From Syntrophales bacterium (GTDB lineage: Bacteria; Desulfobacterota; Syntrophia; Syntrophales; UBA8958), in contig JAOACW010000003.1 in assembly GCA_026417625.1 (NCBI GenBank), forward strand, positions 147,517 through 211,516: DNA of 64,000 nt, written 5' to 3'. Under the pieces are notes generated by a model. It was not told the origin of the DNA and did no database searches. It saw only the letters and a program-made list of their open reading frames with translations. Shown piece by piece: positions 9,549 to 22,820 of the stretch (within the stretch, counting starts at the first letter, position 1; each line of letters opens with the position of its first letter). The position numbers were made by a program, and so were the translations under genes.

Positions 9549-9974
9549 ATGGCAAAGAAAGTTATAGCGAACATAAAGCTTCAGTTGAAGGCTGGTAAGG
9601 CGACGCCTTCACCGCCTGTAGGTCCGGCACTGGGGCAGCACGGGGTGAATATTATGGAATTCTGTAAGGCGTACAACGCTATGACGCAGCACCTAGAAGG
9701 TATGATTGTGCCTGTTGTCATTACGGTGTATTCGGACAGATCCTTTACGTTTGTTACCAAAACACCACCTGCTTCAGTTCTTTTAAAACAGGCAGCGAAG
9801 ATTGCCAAAGGTTCCAGCGAACCGAAAAAGGAGATTGTAGGTAAGGTTACGGCCCAGCAAATAAGAGAAATCGCTGAACTAAAATTCAACGATTTGAATG
9901 CTCTAGATATGGATGCGGCGATCAGAATTATTGAGGGCACTGCCAAGTCGATGGGCATCGCGATTGAGAGATAA
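9549..9974 (+). CDS. rplK: 50S ribosomal protein uL11
   Basis: [34 protein letters not shown] signature. Confidence 0.95.
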   Translation: MAKKVIANIKLQLKAGKATPSPPVGPALGQHGVNIMEFCKAYNAMTQHLEGMIVPVVITVYSDRSFTFVTKTPPASVLLKQAAKIAKGSSEPKKEIVGKVTAQQIREIAELKFNDLNALDMDAAIRIIEGTAKSMGIAIER

Positions 9975-9996
9975 TTAGGATTTAGAGGGTAAGGAT

Positions 9997-10695
9997 ATGG
10001 CTAAAAGAGGGAAGAGTTATTTGGAAGTGAAAAAAAAGTTGATTCCGGGCAAACGGTATACTTTGAAAGAGGCTGTAAATATTGTTGTCCAAACGGCAAG
10101 GGCGAAGTTTGATGAAACGGTGGATGTCGCTATCAAACTTGGTGTTAATCCGCAGCATGCTGATCAAATGGTAAGGGGCAGTGTGGTTTTGCCTCATGGG
10201 CTTGGTAAACAGGTTCGTGTGCTTGTATTTTCAAAGGGTGAAAAGGAGAAGGAGGCTTTGGAAGCGGGGGCGGATTATGTTGGAGGTGAGGAGTTGATAG
10301 AAAAAATTAAAGAAGGTTGGTTGGATTTTGACAGAGTTGTGGCTACGCCGGACATGATGGGAAGTGTGGGGAAATTGGGTAAGATTCTTGGACCACGGGG
10401 TCTTATGCCAAACCCCAAAATGGGCACTGTTACTTTTGATGTGGGGCGAGTGGTTAAGGAGTTAAAGGCTGGTAGGGTTGAATTCCGCGTTGAGAGAGCA
10501 GGTATAGTTCACACACCGGTGGGTAAAGTCTCCTTTGGTCCGGAGAAACTGCTTGAGAATATAATGGCGGTGTTGGAGACAATAATAAGGTTAAAGCCAG
10601 CTTCCAGCAAGGGGGCGTATCTCAGAGGAATTGCACTTTCGACCACTATGGGTCCTGGCATAAAAGTTGACCCATTAAGCGTTAAAAATCTGTGA
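9997..10695 (+). CDS. rplA: 50S ribosomal protein uL1
   Basis: [14 protein letters not shown]...DQ.VRG.V.LPHG signature, 232 aa. Confidence 0.95.
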   Translation: MAKRGKSYLEVKKKLIPGKRYTLKEAVNIVVQTARAKFDETVDVAIKLGVNPQHADQMVRGSVVLPHGLGKQVRVLVFSKGEKEKEALEAGADYVGGEELIEKIKEGWLDFDRVVATPDMMGSVGKLGKILGPRGLMPNPKMGTVTFDVGRVVKELKAGRVEFRVERAGIVHTPVGKVSFGPEKLLENIMAVLETIIRLKPASSKGAYLRGIALSTTMGPGIKVDPLSVKNL

Positions 10696-10865
10696 TTTTA
10701 TGTCGAAGACAGCAGGTACTATGTGTTTAATCGGTGATCCGGCCTGCCGAGACGAAGGGATATATGAAGTCTTTTCCTGTATGATGTTTGGGCTTTTCGT
10801 TGAGATGATGTGATGCCTCGGCAGGATTTCTGAACGGCACTTGATTTGGGAAAGGAGGCTTAATT
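10696..10865 (+). promoter_or_regulatory. structured rplJ (L10) leader, putative autoregulatory element
   Basis: 170-nt untranslated gap before rplJ. A 9-bp long-range helix CCTGCCGAG (10743-10751) / CTCGGCAGG (10817-10825) encloses about 65 nt. L10-(L12)n feedback on such leaders is well established. Confidence 0.5.
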
Positions 10866-11390
10866 TTGGACCGTAAAAAGAAAAAACAAATTGTATCTGA
10901 ATTGCATGAGAAATTGCAATCTTTTGACATGGCTGTGCTGACGACTTATAGCGGTTTAAATGTGGAGAGAATGACTGAGCTACGGAGAAATCTACGTAAA
11001 GCCCAGGCGGAGTTAAGGGTCGTCAAGAACAATCTGTTGCGCATTGCTTCGGAAGGAACGGAACTCGAAGTTTTGAGGGATAGATTTGAAGGTCCACTTG
11101 CACTTGTGCTTGTTAAAGGTGATGTCGTGGAACCTGCTAAGGTACTTGTGGACTTTGCCCGCAGAAACAGCGAGCTTGAATTCAGGATGGGAGTGATGGG
11201 TGGTAAAATAATGCAGAAAGAAGATCTTTTTGCATTGGCTACCCTCCCGGGGAGGGAAGTCCTGCTGGGCAAGGTACTAGGTGTTTTGTTAGCTGTGCCT
11301 ACAGGTTTGGTGAACGTGTTGAGTGCTGTTCCTCGGGGTATCGTACAGGTTCTTGATGCCTATCGCCGTAAGAAAGAGTCAGATAATTAA
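10866..11390 (+). CDS. rplJ: 50S ribosomal protein uL10
   Basis: TTG start preceded by AAGGAGG. L10 family sequence (...[15 protein letters not shown]...A) and operon position. Confidence 0.9.
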   Translation: MDRKKKKQIVSELHEKLQSFDMAVLTTYSGLNVERMTELRRNLRKAQAELRVVKNNLLRIASEGTELEVLRDRFEGPLALVLVKGDVVEPAKVLVDFARRNSELEFRMGVMGGKIMQKEDLFALATLPGREVLLGKVLGVLLAVPTGLVNVLSAVPRGIVQVLDAYRRKKESDN

Positions 11391-11404
11391 AAATACAGGA
11401 AAGG

Positions 11405-11803
11405 ATGGAGATCATGTCACAGACGATCACAAAAGAGGATGTAGTAAAGTTTATTGAGTCAATGACGGTTTTGGAACTTGCAGAATTGGTTAAAGAACTT
11501 GAACAGCGGTTTGGAGTTTCTGCAGCTGCTCCTGTTGCTATGCCAGTGGCAGCGACGCCGGGGGTTGAAAAGGCAGCTCACGTGGAAGAGAAGACGGAAT
11601 TTGATGTGATTCTGACAGGTTTCGGTGATCAGAAGATCCAGGTGATCAAGGTGGTTAGAGCTATCACTGGTTTGGGGCTGAAAGAAGCAAAGGATCTTGT
11701 AGAAGGTGTGCCGAAACCCATTAAAGTGGGTGTTTCCAAAGAAGAAGCTGCGGATATTAAGAAAAAGATAGAAGAAGTTGGTGGAACGGTAGAGATAAAA
11801 TAA
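11405..11803 (+). CDS. rplL: 50S ribosomal protein bL12 (L7/L12)
   Basis: [21 protein letters not shown] hinge and C-terminal [18 protein letters not shown]. Alternative start at ATG 11414. Confidence 0.95.
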   Translation: MEIMSQTITKEDVVKFIESMTVLELAELVKELEQRFGVSAAAPVAMPVAATPGVEKAAHVEEKTEFDVILTGFGDQKIQVIKVVRAITGLGLKEAKDLVEGVPKPIKVGVSKEEAADIKKKIEEVGGTVEIK

Positions 11804-11812
11804 GTATTTTTA

Positions 11813-11882
11813 CCCCCGGAATTGGGATTGCATGACAGTTTATAGAGTAATGTTTTACATTGAAGGGCATCTTTTCCGGGGG
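11813..11882 (+). promoter_or_regulatory. rplL-rpoB intergenic stem (possible attenuator/processing site)
   Basis: CCCCCGGAA (11813-11821) pairs with TTCCGGGGG (11874-11882), followed by a T-rich stretch. An attenuator/RNase III site is known at this junction in E. coli. Confidence 0.35.
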
Positions 11883-11913
11883 TTGTTACTTTGAGAGAGG
11901 CTGTAGGGTGTTT

Positions 11914-14900
11914 ATGTATAACGTGAAGAAAGATTTTAGAAGAATAAAAAAACTAATCGAGATTCCCAACCTCATCGAGGTCCAGTTGAAGTCCTATGAG
12001 AAATTTCTGCAGAAGGATGTGGACCCCGATAAACGCAAGAATTATGGGCTGCAAGGTGCATTTCGAAGCGTATTTCCAATTTCTGATTACAGTAGAAGAT
12101 GTTCATTGGAGTTTGTGAGTTATCGAATCGGTGAGCCACGCTACGATGAAAAGGAATGTTTAGAGAAAGGATTAACCTATGCGGCACCAATGAGGATCGT
12201 TGTGCGTCTTCAGATCTTTGATGTGGATCCAAGTACAGGGGTTCGCCAGATTAGTAACATCAAAGAGCAAGAGATCTATTTCGGTGAGATACCTCTTATG
12301 ACGGCCAACGGAACTTTTATCATTAACGGTACGGAGAGGGTGGTAGTAAATCAGTTACACAGATCTCCAGGAATTTTTTTCGATCATGATAAAGGTAAAA
12401 CGCTGGCAAGTGGTAGGGTTGTTTACTCAGCAAGAATTATACCCATCAGGGGTTCGTGGCTTGATTTCGAATTTGATTCAAAAGATTTGCTTTATGTGCG
12501 TATAGATCGCCGTCGAAAGATGCCTGTGACGGTTCTTTTGAAGGCTCTTGGCTATAGCACGGAGTTAATCCTCAATTATTTCTATGACATTGAGACGGTT
12601 TTCTTCGAGGAGGATTCCATCAAGAGGGTGGTGGGTGAATCCCTAATAGGTGAAAAGGCGCCGGAGGATATTAAGGACCCCCGCACGGGAGAGGTTATTG
12701 TTAGAAAGGGGAGGAAGATAAACAAGCTGCTTTTGAAGAGGATTACCGATGCGGGTATCGAAAGGATTGAAATCGACGAACTAAGTCTGATCGGGAAAAT
12801 CCTATCATCAGACGTAAAGGACCCGGAAACGGGTGAGGTCATAGCCCACTGCAACGAGGAATTAACACCAGAAATTCTGGAGGAGATAAAGAGTAAAGGT
12901 ATAAAAGAATTAAATTTCATTCACATAGATGAAGACAGAAGCAATATTTCTATAAGGGAAACACTTCTAATTGATAGGGTGGATTCTCAGGAGGACGCCA
13001 TTATTGAAATCTACAGAAGGTTAAGGCCGAGCAACCCTCCCACACCCGAAACAGCTCAGGCCTTCTTCCACAGTCTTTTCTTCGACCCGGCGACCTATGA
13101 TCTATCTGATGTGGGGAGGGCAAAGATGAACTACAAGCTCCGGCTTGACATACCAACGGATGTAACAGTTCTCACGAATAGTGATATACTGGCAGCAGTA
13201 AAATACCTTTTGAATTTGAAAATGGGTTCTCCGGATTACAGTGTAGATGATATAGATCATTTGGGGAATAGAAGGGTGAGATCGGTTGGTGAGTTAATCG
13301 AAAACCAGTATCGTATTGGTCTGGTTAGGATGGAGAGGGCAATAAAGGAGAAGATGAGTCTTCATGATATCGAGACATTGATGCCCCACGATCTTGTAAA
13401 TGCTAAGCCGGTGACAGCCGTTGTTAGTGAGTTTTTTGGAAGCAGTCAGTTGTCACAGTTTATGGATCAGACAAATCCTCTTTCCGAGGTTACTCATAAA
13501 CGCCGTTTGTCTGCTCTTGGCCCTGGTGGTTTGACACGAGAGAGAGCAGGTTTTGAAGTGCGTGATGTGCATCCCACCCATTATGGAAGGATATGTCCAG
13601 TTGAAACTCCGGAAGGTCCAAACATCGGTTTGATTGTATCGCTCAGCACATACGCACGTATCAATGAATTCGGATTTGTTGAGACGCCATACTGGGTGGT
13701 GGAAAACGGGGTTATACAGAATAAGATCCGGTTCATGACAGCCATTGAAGAAGAAGATTATATCATTGCTCCTTCTGATTGCCCTGTTGATGAGAACGGT
13801 CGTTTGATTGGTGACATGGTTACTGCGAGGAAAGGGGCCGACTTTTTGACAGTGGCACCTGAGGAGGTAAACTACATTGATGTTTCACCCAACCAGTTGG
13901 TGAGTGTAGCGGCGACTCTCATACCTTTCCTAGAACATGATGATGCGAATCGTGCGCTTATGGGATCCAACATGCAGCGGCAGGCTGTACCTCTTTTAAG
14001 GCCAGCCGTTCCTCTGGTGGGCACAGGTATGGAATCGGTAGTGGCAAAGGATTCGGGGGCTGTGGTAGTGGCGCGGCGCGATGGAGTGGTGGAAAGTGTG
14101 GATGCATCTCGGATTGTGGTGAGGAGTGATGGAGCGGAGAAGGATGGCTTGGATATAGGGGTTGATATATATAACTTGACTAAATTCAAACGATCAAATC
14201 AGGATACGTGTTTCAATCAGAGACCCTTGGTGAACAAGGGCGACAGGGTACGTAAAGGTCAGGTGATTGCCGACGGACCTGCTACTGATAACGGGGAACT
14301 GGCACTGGGTAGAAATGTGCTTGTAGCCTTCATGTCTTGGGGTGGATATAACTATGAGGATTCAATTTTGGTGAGTGAGCGGTTAGTTAAGGAGGATGTC
14401 TATACGTCCATCCACATAGAGGAGTTTGAGGTGATGGCCCGGGATACTAAACTGGGCAAGGAAGAGATCACGCGAGATATTCCCAATGTGGGGGAGGAAG
14501 CTCTTAAAAACTTGGATGAAAATGGCATCATCAGGATGGGCGTTGCAGTTAAACCAGGAGACATCCTTGTGGGTAAAATAACACCAAAAGGGGAAACTCA
14601 GCTTTCGCCTGAAGAGAAGCTCTTGAGGGCGATATTTGGAGAGAAGGCCAGTGATGTCAGGGATACATCTCTGAGGGTGCCGCCAGGTGTTGAAGGTATT
14701 GTTATTGATGCAAAGATTTTTACGCGCAAGGGTATTGACAAAGACAAGAAGGCATTGGCTCTTGAAGAAGAAGCGAGGAGAGCTCTGCAGAAGGATCGTG
14801 ATGATGAGATTAGGATAATTATGGATGCTGTACGTGACAAAATTAAAAGTCTTCTAGTGGGGAAGACGGTAGGAGCTAGGCTTTCAGATCCCAAGAAGAA

Positions 14901-16011
14901 AAGGATTTTCCTGAAGAAGGGTGATGTTATAACCGAAGATGTCCTCGATAAGATGCCTTTTGAGTACTGGAAAGAGATAACGTTGGAGGGTGATGCGGAA
15001 ACAGAGGAAACTCTTAATGTGATTTTTACGAATTTGGAACGCCGTATTGACATGATAAAGAAACAGTATGAGGCTAAAGTGGAGCATCTAGAGGCGGGGG
15101 ATGAATTGCCTCCTGGTGTGCTGAAGATGGTGAAAGTTTATGTGGCTGTTAAGAGGAAACTTTCCGTTGGAGATAAGATGGCGGGTCGTCATGGTAATAA
15201 GGGAGTACTTTCGCGAATTCTACCCGAAGAGGATATGCCTTACTTTGCCGATGGCACGCCGGTTGACATAATACTCAATCCACTTGGTGTGCCTTCTCGG
15301 ATGAACGTTGGTCAGATTTTGGAGACACATCTCGGTTGGGCAGCTAGGGGATTGGGAGAAAAGTTAAACGAGTTACTGGAGAAGTACAGGAACATCCAAC
15401 GAATTAGGGATGAATTGAAGCGTATCTATAAATCCAAGGATATTGCTGATTTTGTTGACACGGCGACAGATGCGGAAATTGAAGCACTTGTGCACCAAGT
15501 GAAAGAAGGGATTCCCATGATATCACCTGTGTTTGATGGAGCTCGGGAGGACGAAATTAGGGGGCTTCTTAGAGCTGCGGATTTACCCGAGCTTGGGCAA
15601 GCGGTGCTTTACGATGGAAGAACTGGGGAGCCTTTTGATCAAGAGATCACAGTGGGGATGATATATATGCTGAAGTTGCATCATCTTGTTGATGATAAAA
15701 TCCATGCTCGCTCCATTGGACCATATTCGCTGGTTACTCAGCAGCCGTTGGGAGGTAAGGCCCAGTTTGGCGGTCAAAGATTGGGAGAAATGGAGGTCTG
15801 GGCCATGGAGGCATATGGAGCGGCGTATTCGTTGCAAGAATTTTTGACGGTAAAATCCGATGATGTGGTTGGACGTACTAGGATGTATGAAGCCATCGTT
15901 AAAGGTGAGCATACACTTGAGCCTGGACTTCCTGAATCCTTCAATGTTCTTGTCAAGGAACTTCAGAGTTTGTGCCTTGATGTAGAATTAATAGAAGAAG
16001 AAGAGGAGTAA
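11914..16011 (+). CDS. rpoB: DNA-directed RNA polymerase subunit beta
   Basis: [17 protein letters not shown]-terminus, and the [28 protein letters not shown] and [12 protein letters not shown] motifs. ATG at 11914 preferred over the listed 11860. Confidence 0.97.
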   Translation: MYNVKKDFRRIKKLIEIPNLIEVQLKSYEKFLQKDVDPDKRKNYGLQGAFRSVFPISDYSRRCSLEFVSYRIGEPRYDEKECLEKGLTYAAPMRIVVRLQIFDVDPSTGVRQISNIKEQEIYFGEIPLMTANGTFIINGTERVVVNQLHRSPGIFFDHDKGKTLASGRVVYSARIIPIRGSWLDFEFDSKDLLYVRIDRRRKMPVTVLLKALGYSTELILNYFYDIETVFFEEDSIKRVVGESLIGEKAPEDIKDPRTGEVIVRKGRKINKLLLKRITDAGIERIEIDELSLIGKILSSDVKDPETGEVIAHCNEELTPEILEEIKSKGIKELNFIHIDEDRSNISIRETLLIDRVDSQEDAIIEIYRRLRPSNPPTPETAQAFFHSLFFDPATYDLSDVGRAKMNYKLRLDIPTDVTVLTNSDILAAVKYLLNLKMGSPDYSVDDIDHLGNRRVRSVGELIENQYRIGLVRMERAIKEKMSLHDIETLMPHDLVNAKPVTAVVSEFFGSSQLSQFMDQTNPLSEVTHKRRLSALGPGGLTRERAGFEVRDVHPTHYGRICPVETPEGPNIGLIVSLSTYARINEFGFVETPYWVVENGVIQNKIRFMTAIEEEDYIIAPSDCPVDENGRLIGDMVTARKGADFLTVAPEEVNYIDVSPNQLVSVAATLIPFLEHDDANRALMGSNMQRQAVPLLRPAVPLVGTGMESVVAKDSGAVVVARRDGVVESVDASRIVVRSDGAEKDGLDIGVDIYNLTKFKRSNQDTCFNQRPLVNKGDRVRKGQVIADGPATDNGELALGRNVLVAFMSWGGYNYEDSILVSERLVKEDVYTSIHIEEFEVMARDTKLGKEEITRDIPNVGEEALKNLDENGIIRMGVAVKPGDILVGKITPKGETQLSPEEKLLRAIFGEKASDVRDTSLRVPPGVEGIVIDAKIFTRKGIDKDKKALALEEEARRALQKDRDDEIRIIMDAVRDKIKSLLVGKTVGARLSDPKKKRIFLKKGDVITEDVLDKMPFEYWKEITLEGDAETEETLNVIFTNLERRIDMIKKQYEAKVEHLEAGDELPPGVLKMVKVYVAVKRKLSVGDKMAGRHGNKGVLSRILPEEDMPYFADGTPVDIILNPLGVPSRMNVGQILETHLGWAARGLGEKLNELLEKYRNIQRIRDELKRIYKSKDIADFVDTATDAEIEALVHQVKEGIPMISPVFDGAREDEIRGLLRAADLPELGQAVLYDGRTGEPFDQEITVGMIYMLKLHHLVDDKIHARSIGPYSLVTQQPLGGKAQFGGQRLGEMEVWAMEAYGAAYSLQEFLTVKSDDVVGRTRMYEAIVKGEHTLEPGLPESFNVLVKELQSLCLDVELIEEEEE

Positions 16012-16023
16012 AGGGAGGAAACC

Positions 16024-19000
16024 GTGGAAGATATATACTCTTATTTTGAAAAACCAAAAAATCCCATAAGATTCAACGCAATTAGAATATCTATAGCCTC
16101 GCCGGAGAAGATACTGGCTTGGTCCGCAAGGCCGAATACTAACGGTGAGGTGAAAAAACCAGAGACGATAAATTACAGAACGTTCAAACCTGAAAGGGAT
16201 GGGCTGTTTTGTGCAAAGATATTCGGACCTGTAAAAGATTACGAATGCCTGTGTGGCCGTTACAAACGGATGAAGCACCGAGGTGTAATCTGTGAAAAGT
16301 GTGGTGTTGAAGTTACACAGTCGAAGGTTCGTCGAGAGCGAATGGGGCACATAAAACTGGCTGCACCGGTGGCTCATATCTGGTTCCTGAAGAGTATACC
16401 GAGTAGAATAGGAGCGGTTCTCGATTTGACTTTGAAGGAGCTGGAAAGGGTTCTCTATTTTGAGTCGTGGATTATCATCGATCCGAAGTATACGCCGTTG
16501 CAGAAAATGGCTTTGATCTCCGATGAGGAGTTGAATGAGCTGAAGGAGAAGTATGGAGAGGATGCTTTTGAAGCAGGTATTGGTGCGGAGGCGATTCGCA
16601 AACTTTTGGAGCAGGTAGATCTTGAGAAATTGGACGCAGAACTGAGAGAGGAAATTAAAAATGCCGTTTCGGATGCGAAAAAGAAGAAACTCATCAAGCG
16701 TCTTAAAGTAATTGAGGCCTTACGTAAATCGGGAAACAAACCGGAATGGATGATTTTGACAGTACTGCCTGTAATTCCTCCAGACCTCAGACCTCTTGTG
16801 CCACTGGATGGGGGCCGGTTTGCCACGTCCGATCTCAATGATCTCTACCGCCGTGTTATAAACAGGAATAACCGACTTAAGAGGCTTATAGAGCTCAATG
16901 CACCGGAGATAATTATAAGGAATGAGAAACGGATGTTGCAGGAGGCTGTGGATGTGCTTTTTGACAACGGCCGCAGGGGGCGTGCGGTGACAGGAACCAA
17001 CAAGAGGCCGCTCAGATCTCTTTCGGATATGCTTAAGGGCAAGCAGGGTCGTTTCCGTCAAAATTTGCTGGGTAAACGTGTGGACTATTCTGGGCGTTCT
17101 GTTATAACTGTGGGTCCTGATCTGAGACTTCATCAATGCGGTTTGCCGAAAAAGATAGCTTTGGAACTCTTCAAGCCTTTTATTTACAATCGCCTAATCG
17201 ATAAAGGTTACGTGACGACCGTCAAGAGCGCCAAGAAGATGGTGGAAAGGGAAACCTCAGAGGTATGGGATGCTTTGGATGAGGTTGTGAAAGAGTTTCC
17301 CGTTTTACTTAACAGGGCACCGACTTTGCACAGATTGGGGATCCAGGCGTTTGAACCTGTTCTTATTGAGGGGAAGGCCATCCAGTTGCATCCTCTTGTT
17401 TGTACAGCTTACAATGCTGACTTTGACGGGGACCAGATGGCTGTACACATACCTCTCTCTCTTGAAGCGCAGGCGGAAGCTCGGATTCTTATGATGTCAA
17501 CTAACAATATTCTCTCTCCCGCACATGGGAAGCCCATAATACTGCCCAATCAGGATATAGTGCTGGGTATATACTACCTAACCAGGGAGAAGACAGGTGT
17601 AAAGGGTGAGGGTATGGTTTTTGCCTCGCCCGAAGAAGTAAGAAGTGCTGTGGACAACGGAGAGGTAGATATTCATGCTCGGATCACCGTTCGAATCAAT
17701 GGCGAGAGGAAACAAACCACCGCAGGTCGCGTTATTCTCTCTGAGATAGTTCCGCCAGAGGTGCCATTCGACTATATAAATAAGGTGATGACGAAGAAGG
17801 AGTTGGCAAATCTCATTGACTACTGTTACAGACACTGTGGGGCAAAAACGACGGTGATCACAGCGGACAGGTTGAAGGATCTTGGTTTCAAGTACGCTAC
17901 TATATCCGGGGCGTCCATTGCTATCCATAATATGGTCATTCCTGAGAGCAAGAAGGAAATTCTGGAAAAGGCCAATAAGGAGGTAATGAAGGTTCAGAAG
18001 CAGTACCTGGAAGGTTTGATAACGGACGGTGAGAGGTATAACAAGGTAATTGACATCTGGGCTCAAGCAACTGAGAGGATTGCTGCGGAGATGATGGCAG
18101 GTATAGAGGCTACAGTGGTGACTACACCTTCAGGAGAAAAGAAGAGGTTGGAGAGCTTCAACCCGATCTACATGATGGCTAATTCCGGTGCCAGAGGCTC
18201 TGCTGTTCAGATTCGCCAGCTGGCGGGCATGCGCGGATTGATGGCTAAACCATCTGGGGAGATTATTGAAACGCCCATTACGGCGAACTTCAGGGAGGGT
18301 TTAACGGTTCTCCAGTACTTTATCTCCACCCATGGTGCGAGGAAGGGACTTGCCGATACTGCTTTAAAAACGGCCAATTCAGGTTATCTAACACGTCGCC
18401 TTGTGGATGTGGCCCAGGATTGCATCGTAACTGAAATGGACTGCGGTACGATTGATGGGATATACGTTTCAGCACTGATAGAGGGTGGAGAAATAATTGA
18501 AACTGCAGGAGAACGCGTTCTTGGACGTGTGGCACTGGAGGATATAAAGGACCCATTCACAGGGGAGGTTATTGTTCGTGCAAACCAGGAGATCGATGAG
18601 ACATTAGCGGAACGGATTGATAAAGCGGGTATTGAAAAAGTGGCAATTAGATCTGTACTGACGTGTAAGTCTAAATACGGTGTATGCGCCATGTGTTATG
18701 GCCGTGATCTTGCCCATGGACGTCTGGTGAATATCGGCGAAGCAGTGGGGATCATAGCAGCCCAATCTATTGGAGAGCCTGGTACGCAGCTGACTATGAG
18801 AACATTCCATATTGGTGGTACGGCGAGATTTGAAGAACATTCCACACTTCAGGCGCGTCACGATGGAACTATAAAATTCGTTAATCTGTCCACTGTTATA
18901 TCTAGAACGGGAGATCTCGTAGTTATGAATCGGAATGGCGAGATCCATGTGCTTGATGAAGAAGGGCGCAGTCGTGGTAAGTACCCTGTTCCCTATGGTG

Positions 19001-20217
19001 CTCATCTTAAGGTGAGAGAGGGTGACTACGTTACTGGTCCAGGTAGAGATCCTAAGACTGGCGAGGAAAGGCAACCTACACTCATAGCCGAATGGGATCC
19101 GTTCTCCATACCGATTCTTGCTGAGGTGGAAGGTGTGGTTAAATTTGGGGATATTATTGATGGAAAAACAGTGCAGGAACAGGTGGATGAGGTTACAGGT
19201 TTGTCCCGAAAGGTTATCATTGACTTTAAGGGGACGGATCTTCGCCCACGCATTTCAATAAAGGATAAGAGAGGTAGGACGGCTAAGGTTCCAGGAACGA
19301 ATGCCTTTGCCAGGTATATGTTGCCGGTGGGTGCCAACATTGTGGTTTCCGAAGGGGATGTTGTGAGTGCCGGCGATATCATTGCCAAGATACCCAGAGA
19401 GACGACGAAAACCAAAGACATAACAGGAGGTTTGCCTAGGGTTGCGGAACTTTTTGAAGCGCGGAAACCTAAGGAGTACGCAGTGATAAGCGAGATCAAG
19501 GGTGTTGTGTCATATGGAAAAGATGTGAAGGGTAAAAGAAAGATAATCATAACACCTGACAGTGGGGAACCAAAAGAATACCTTATCCCCAAAGGTAAGC
19601 ATGTGAGTGTTCAGGAAGGTGACCGGGTACAGGAAGGCGAACCCCTCATGGATGGTGTGTTCAATCCTCATGACCTTTTGGCAATAAAAGGTGAAAAAGA
19701 GCTGGCCCGTTATCTAGTGGATGAGGTACAGGAGGTTTACAGATTGCAGGGTGTAAAGATCAACGATAAACATATGGAGATCATAGTTCGTCAGATGTTG
19801 CGACGAGTAAAGATAGTTGATCCAGGGGATACAACATTTATAGCGGAAGAAGAGGTGGAGAAACACCGTTTCCAGGAGGAGAATGAGAGGGTAATAAAAC
19901 AGGGTGGAAGACCTGCAATTGGGAAACCCATTTTAATGGGAATAACGAAGGCCTCACTGTCTACTCAGAGCTTTATTGCAGCTGCTTCTTTCCAGGAAAC
20001 CACAAGGGTTTTGACAGAGGCAGCGCTTGCAGGGAAAACGGATTATCTCCGAGGGTTAAAGGAAAATGTGATCATGGGTCGACTCATACCTGCAGGGACG
20101 GGGTTACCAATGTACAGGAAATTGGGTATCCTTGTTAAGGAAGGTAGCGAAGAACAAGGAAGTAAAGAGGATATTACTTTACATGAGAAAATTCTTGACA
20201 TGGAAACCACAAGCTGA
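16024..20217 (+). CDS. rpoC: DNA-directed RNA polymerase subunit beta'
   Basis: GTG start after GGGAGG. Zn finger CLCGRYK...CEKCG, catalytic [12 protein letters not shown], trigger-loop and bridge-helix regions. Confidence 0.97.
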   Translation: MEDIYSYFEKPKNPIRFNAIRISIASPEKILAWSARPNTNGEVKKPETINYRTFKPERDGLFCAKIFGPVKDYECLCGRYKRMKHRGVICEKCGVEVTQSKVRRERMGHIKLAAPVAHIWFLKSIPSRIGAVLDLTLKELERVLYFESWIIIDPKYTPLQKMALISDEELNELKEKYGEDAFEAGIGAEAIRKLLEQVDLEKLDAELREEIKNAVSDAKKKKLIKRLKVIEALRKSGNKPEWMILTVLPVIPPDLRPLVPLDGGRFATSDLNDLYRRVINRNNRLKRLIELNAPEIIIRNEKRMLQEAVDVLFDNGRRGRAVTGTNKRPLRSLSDMLKGKQGRFRQNLLGKRVDYSGRSVITVGPDLRLHQCGLPKKIALELFKPFIYNRLIDKGYVTTVKSAKKMVERETSEVWDALDEVVKEFPVLLNRAPTLHRLGIQAFEPVLIEGKAIQLHPLVCTAYNADFDGDQMAVHIPLSLEAQAEARILMMSTNNILSPAHGKPIILPNQDIVLGIYYLTREKTGVKGEGMVFASPEEVRSAVDNGEVDIHARITVRINGERKQTTAGRVILSEIVPPEVPFDYINKVMTKKELANLIDYCYRHCGAKTTVITADRLKDLGFKYATISGASIAIHNMVIPESKKEILEKANKEVMKVQKQYLEGLITDGERYNKVIDIWAQATERIAAEMMAGIEATVVTTPSGEKKRLESFNPIYMMANSGARGSAVQIRQLAGMRGLMAKPSGEIIETPITANFREGLTVLQYFISTHGARKGLADTALKTANSGYLTRRLVDVAQDCIVTEMDCGTIDGIYVSALIEGGEIIETAGERVLGRVALEDIKDPFTGEVIVRANQEIDETLAERIDKAGIEKVAIRSVLTCKSKYGVCAMCYGRDLAHGRLVNIGEAVGIIAAQSIGEPGTQLTMRTFHIGGTARFEEHSTLQARHDGTIKFVNLSTVISRTGDLVVMNRNGEIHVLDEEGRSRGKYPVPYGAHLKVREGDYVTGPGRDPKTGEERQPTLIAEWDPFSIPILAEVEGVVKFGDIIDGKTVQEQVDEVTGLSRKVIIDFKGTDLRPRISIKDKRGRTAKVPGTNAFARYMLPVGANIVVSEGDVVSAGDIIAKIPRETTKTKDITGGLPRVAELFEARKPKEYAVISEIKGVVSYGKDVKGKRKIIITPDSGEPKEYLIPKGKHVSVQEGDRVQEGEPLMDGVFNPHDLLAIKGEKELARYLVDEVQEVYRLQGVKINDKHMEIIVRQMLRRVKIVDPGDTTFIAEEEVEKHRFQEENERVIKQGGRPAIGKPILMGITKASLSTQSFIAAASFQETTRVLTEAALAGKTDYLRGLKENVIMGRLIPAGTGLPMYRKLGILVKEGSEEQGSKEDITLHEKILDMETTS

Positions 20218-20287
20218 TAGTAATCCACATTTCCATGTCGCTGGCATTTTCATTGCTGCAGATAGAATTACGAGTGGAGATTAGTAG

Positions 20288-20659
20288 ATGCCTACAATAA
20301 ATCAGTTGGTTCGTAAGGGGCGCACAAAGGTTGTTAAGAAGTCTACCACACCGGCTCTCGCAGGGTGTCCGCAGCGTCGAGGGGTGTGTGTGCGGGTTTA
20401 CACAACGACTCCGAAGAAGCCTAACTCGGCGTTACGTAAGGTAGCTAGGGTGCGTCTGACGAGTGGATATGAAGTTACGGCCTACATACCCGGTATTGGC
20501 CATAATCTACAGGAACATTCTGTTGTGCTGGTACGCGGTGGTAGGGTAAAGGATCTTCCGGGAGTGAGGTATCATATAATTAGGGGAGCACTTGATGCTG
20601 TTGGGGTTCAAGATAGGAGGCAGGGTAGGTCAAAATACGGTACCAAGAAGCCAAGGTGA
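20288..20659 (+). CDS. rpsL: 30S ribosomal protein uS12
   Basis: [12 protein letters not shown]...[16 protein letters not shown] signature. Confidence 0.97.
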   Translation: MPTINQLVRKGRTKVVKKSTTPALAGCPQRRGVCVRVYTTTPKKPNSALRKVARVRLTSGYEVTAYIPGIGHNLQEHSVVLVRGGRVKDLPGVRYHIIRGALDAVGVQDRRQGRSKYGTKKPR

Positions 20660-20677
20660 TGTAAGGGTGTAGGAGTC

Positions 20678-21148
20678 ATGCCTAGGAAAAGAGTGGTTGT
20701 CAAAAGAGATATAGCGCCTGACCCAAAGTTTAAGAGCAAGCTTGTGGCGAAATTTATAAACTGTTTGATGAGGGATGGGAAAAAGAGTATAGCAGAGAAG
20801 ATCCTTTATGGGGCGTTTGAGCTCCTGGAGAAGAGGGCTAAGGAACCTCCGCTTCAGGTTTTCGAAAGGGCTATAGAGAATGTGAAGCCTTTGATCGAGG
20901 TAAAATCGAGGAGAGTGGGGGGTGCCACGTATCAGGTTCCCACGGAAGTACCTTCCAATAGAAGGCTTTCGTTGAGTATACGTTGGATCATTCATAGTGC
21001 CCGTGAGAGATCTGAGAAAAGCATGATTGAGAAATTGGCAGCGGAACTTTTGGATGCAGCGAATGGACGGGGAGCGGCTATTAAGAAAAGAGAAAATGTG
21101 CACAAAATGGCGGAGGCCAATAAAGCATTTGCGCATTTTAGATTTTAA
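20678..21148 (+). CDS. rpsG: 30S ribosomal protein uS7
   Basis: MPRKR....R.I.PDPKF...LVAKFIN.LM.DGKKS signature. Confidence 0.97.
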   Translation: MPRKRVVVKRDIAPDPKFKSKLVAKFINCLMRDGKKSIAEKILYGAFELLEKRAKEPPLQVFERAIENVKPLIEVKSRRVGGATYQVPTEVPSNRRLSLSIRWIIHSARERSEKSMIEKLAAELLDAANGRGAAIKKRENVHKMAEANKAFAHFRF

Positions 21149-21231
21149 AATTTACGGTCGAGGAACAAAGGGTCAAGGTAAATAACTCAGTAAGAAATTT
21201 TTGTTAGAGATGAAGAAGGAGGAACTTAGAA

Positions 21232-22425
21232 ATGGCTAAGAAAAAATTTGAAAGAACGAAACCGCATGTGAATGTCGGTACAATTGGCCATGTGGACCAC
21301 GGAAAGACAACGTTAACAAGTGCGATTACAAAACATTTGTCTAAGAAGGGACTTGCCGAGTATCGGCCCTTTGATTCCATTGACAACGCTCCGGAAGAGA
21401 AAGAGCGGGGTGTGACGATTAATATTTGTCACGTGGAATACGAGACGGCCAAACGGCATTACGCTCACGTTGATTGTCCTGGCCATGCCGACTACATCAA
21501 AAACATGATTTCTGGGGCCGCCCATATGGATGGAGCTATTCTAGTTGTAGCAGCATCTGATGGACCGATGCCTCAGACAAGGGAGCATATTCTTCTTGCG
21601 CGGCAGGTGCAGGTACCTTATATTGTAGTTTTTTTGAATAAAATTGATCTTGTGGATGATCCGGAACTTCTTGATCTTGTGGAATTGGAACTCCGGGAGT
21701 TGTTGAGCAAGTATGAATTTCCGGGTGACGAGATTCCTATAATTAGAGGTTCTGCGCTGAAGGCTTTGGAATCCGATGATCCTGATTCTGAAGAGGCGAA
21801 ATGTATTTGGGAACTTTTAGATGCAATAGATAATTACATTCCTGAGCCTGTGAGAGTGTTGGACAAACCATTCCTCATGCCCATCGGTGATGTTTTTAGT
21901 ATTTCCGGAAGAGGTACGGTGGTGACTGGTAGGGTGGAAAGAGGTACCATTAGAGTAGGCGATGAAGTAGAGGTTGTAGGTTTCCGGCCTACTTTCAAGA
22001 CGGTATGCACCGGTGTGGAAATGTTCCGGAAAACTCTCGATGAGGGACGGGCTGGAGACGATATAGGAGTCCTTTTGAGGGGTACCAAAAGGGAAGAAGT
22101 AGAAAGAGGTCAGGTGGTTGCAAAGCCGGGTTCCATTACACCCCATACGAAATTTAAGGCGCAAGTCTACGTGTTGACTAAGGAGGAAGGGGGGCGTCAT
22201 ACGCCTTTCTTTACCGGGTATCGACCTCAGTTTTACTTCAGAACAACTGACGTCACAGGTGTCGTTCGATTGCCGGAAGGTGTGGAGATGGTAATGCCTG
22301 GTGATAATGTGGAATTAGAGATAGAGCTAATAACACCCATTGCAATGGAAGAGCAGCTCAGGTTTGCAATTAGAGAGGGTGGTAGAACAGTTGGTGCAGG
22401 TGTGGTTAGTAAGATTCTTGATTGA
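21232..22425 (+). CDS. tuf: elongation factor Tu
   Basis: [23 protein letters not shown]-motifs. 397 aa. Confidence 0.98.
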   Translation: MAKKKFERTKPHVNVGTIGHVDHGKTTLTSAITKHLSKKGLAEYRPFDSIDNAPEEKERGVTINICHVEYETAKRHYAHVDCPGHADYIKNMISGAAHMDGAILVVAASDGPMPQTREHILLARQVQVPYIVVFLNKIDLVDDPELLDLVELELRELLSKYEFPGDEIPIIRGSALKALESDDPDSEEAKCIWELLDAIDNYIPEPVRVLDKPFLMPIGDVFSISGRGTVVTGRVERGTIRVGDEVEVVGFRPTFKTVCTGVEMFRKTLDEGRAGDDIGVLLRGTKREEVERGQVVAKPGSITPHTKFKAQVYVLTKEEGGRHTPFFTGYRPQFYFRTTDVTGVVRLPEGVEMVMPGDNVELEIELITPIAMEEQLRFAIREGGRTVGAGVVSKILD

Positions 22426-22431
22426 GAGAGT

Positions 22432-22749
22432 ATGTCTCAGATGAAGGATCAGAGGATAAGAATAAGACTAAAGGCGTACGATCATAAATTGTTGGATCGT
22501 TCGGTGCAGGAGATTGTGGAGACAGCGAGGCAAACGGGTGCCCGTGTGGCAGGACCTGTGCCCCTGCCAACGGAGATCAATAGATTCTGTGTGAATCGTT
22601 CGCCACATGTGGACAAAAAGTCGCGGGAGCAGTTTGAGATACGGACTCACAAGAGGCTTATCGATATTATCGAACCAACACAGGCCACAATAGACGCCCT
22701 GATGAAGCTGGATTTGGCTGCGGGCGTGGATGTAGAGATTAAGTTATAG
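22432..22749 (+). CDS. rpsJ: 30S ribosomal protein uS10
   Basis: [13 protein letters not shown]...IVETA..TGA.V.GP.PLPT signature. Starts 6 nt after the tuf stop. Confidence 0.97.
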   Translation: MSQMKDQRIRIRLKAYDHKLLDRSVQEIVETARQTGARVAGPVPLPTEINRFCVNRSPHVDKKSREQFEIRTHKRLIDIIEPTQATIDALMKLDLAAGVDVEIKL

Positions 22750-22763
22750 GTCTTGCGTTGGTG

Positions 22764-22804
22764 GGAGATGGATGAGTTATTCGAGAACCATCTCCTACTT
22801 TTTT
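22764..22804 (+). terminator. terminator-like hairpin / possible attenuator between rpsJ and rplC
   Basis: GGAGATGG (22764-22771) pairs with CCATCTCC (22788-22795) around a 16-nt loop. A TTTTTT run follows at 22799-22804. Confidence 0.45.
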
Positions 22805-22820
22805 GACTTTGGTAAGGGAT

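Noticed and set aside
19026-19592. 188-aa minus-strand ORF, plus several others inside rpoB and rpoC
   Set aside because: They are antisense to RNA polymerase genes, with Ser/Pro/Thr-rich nonsense-like translations.
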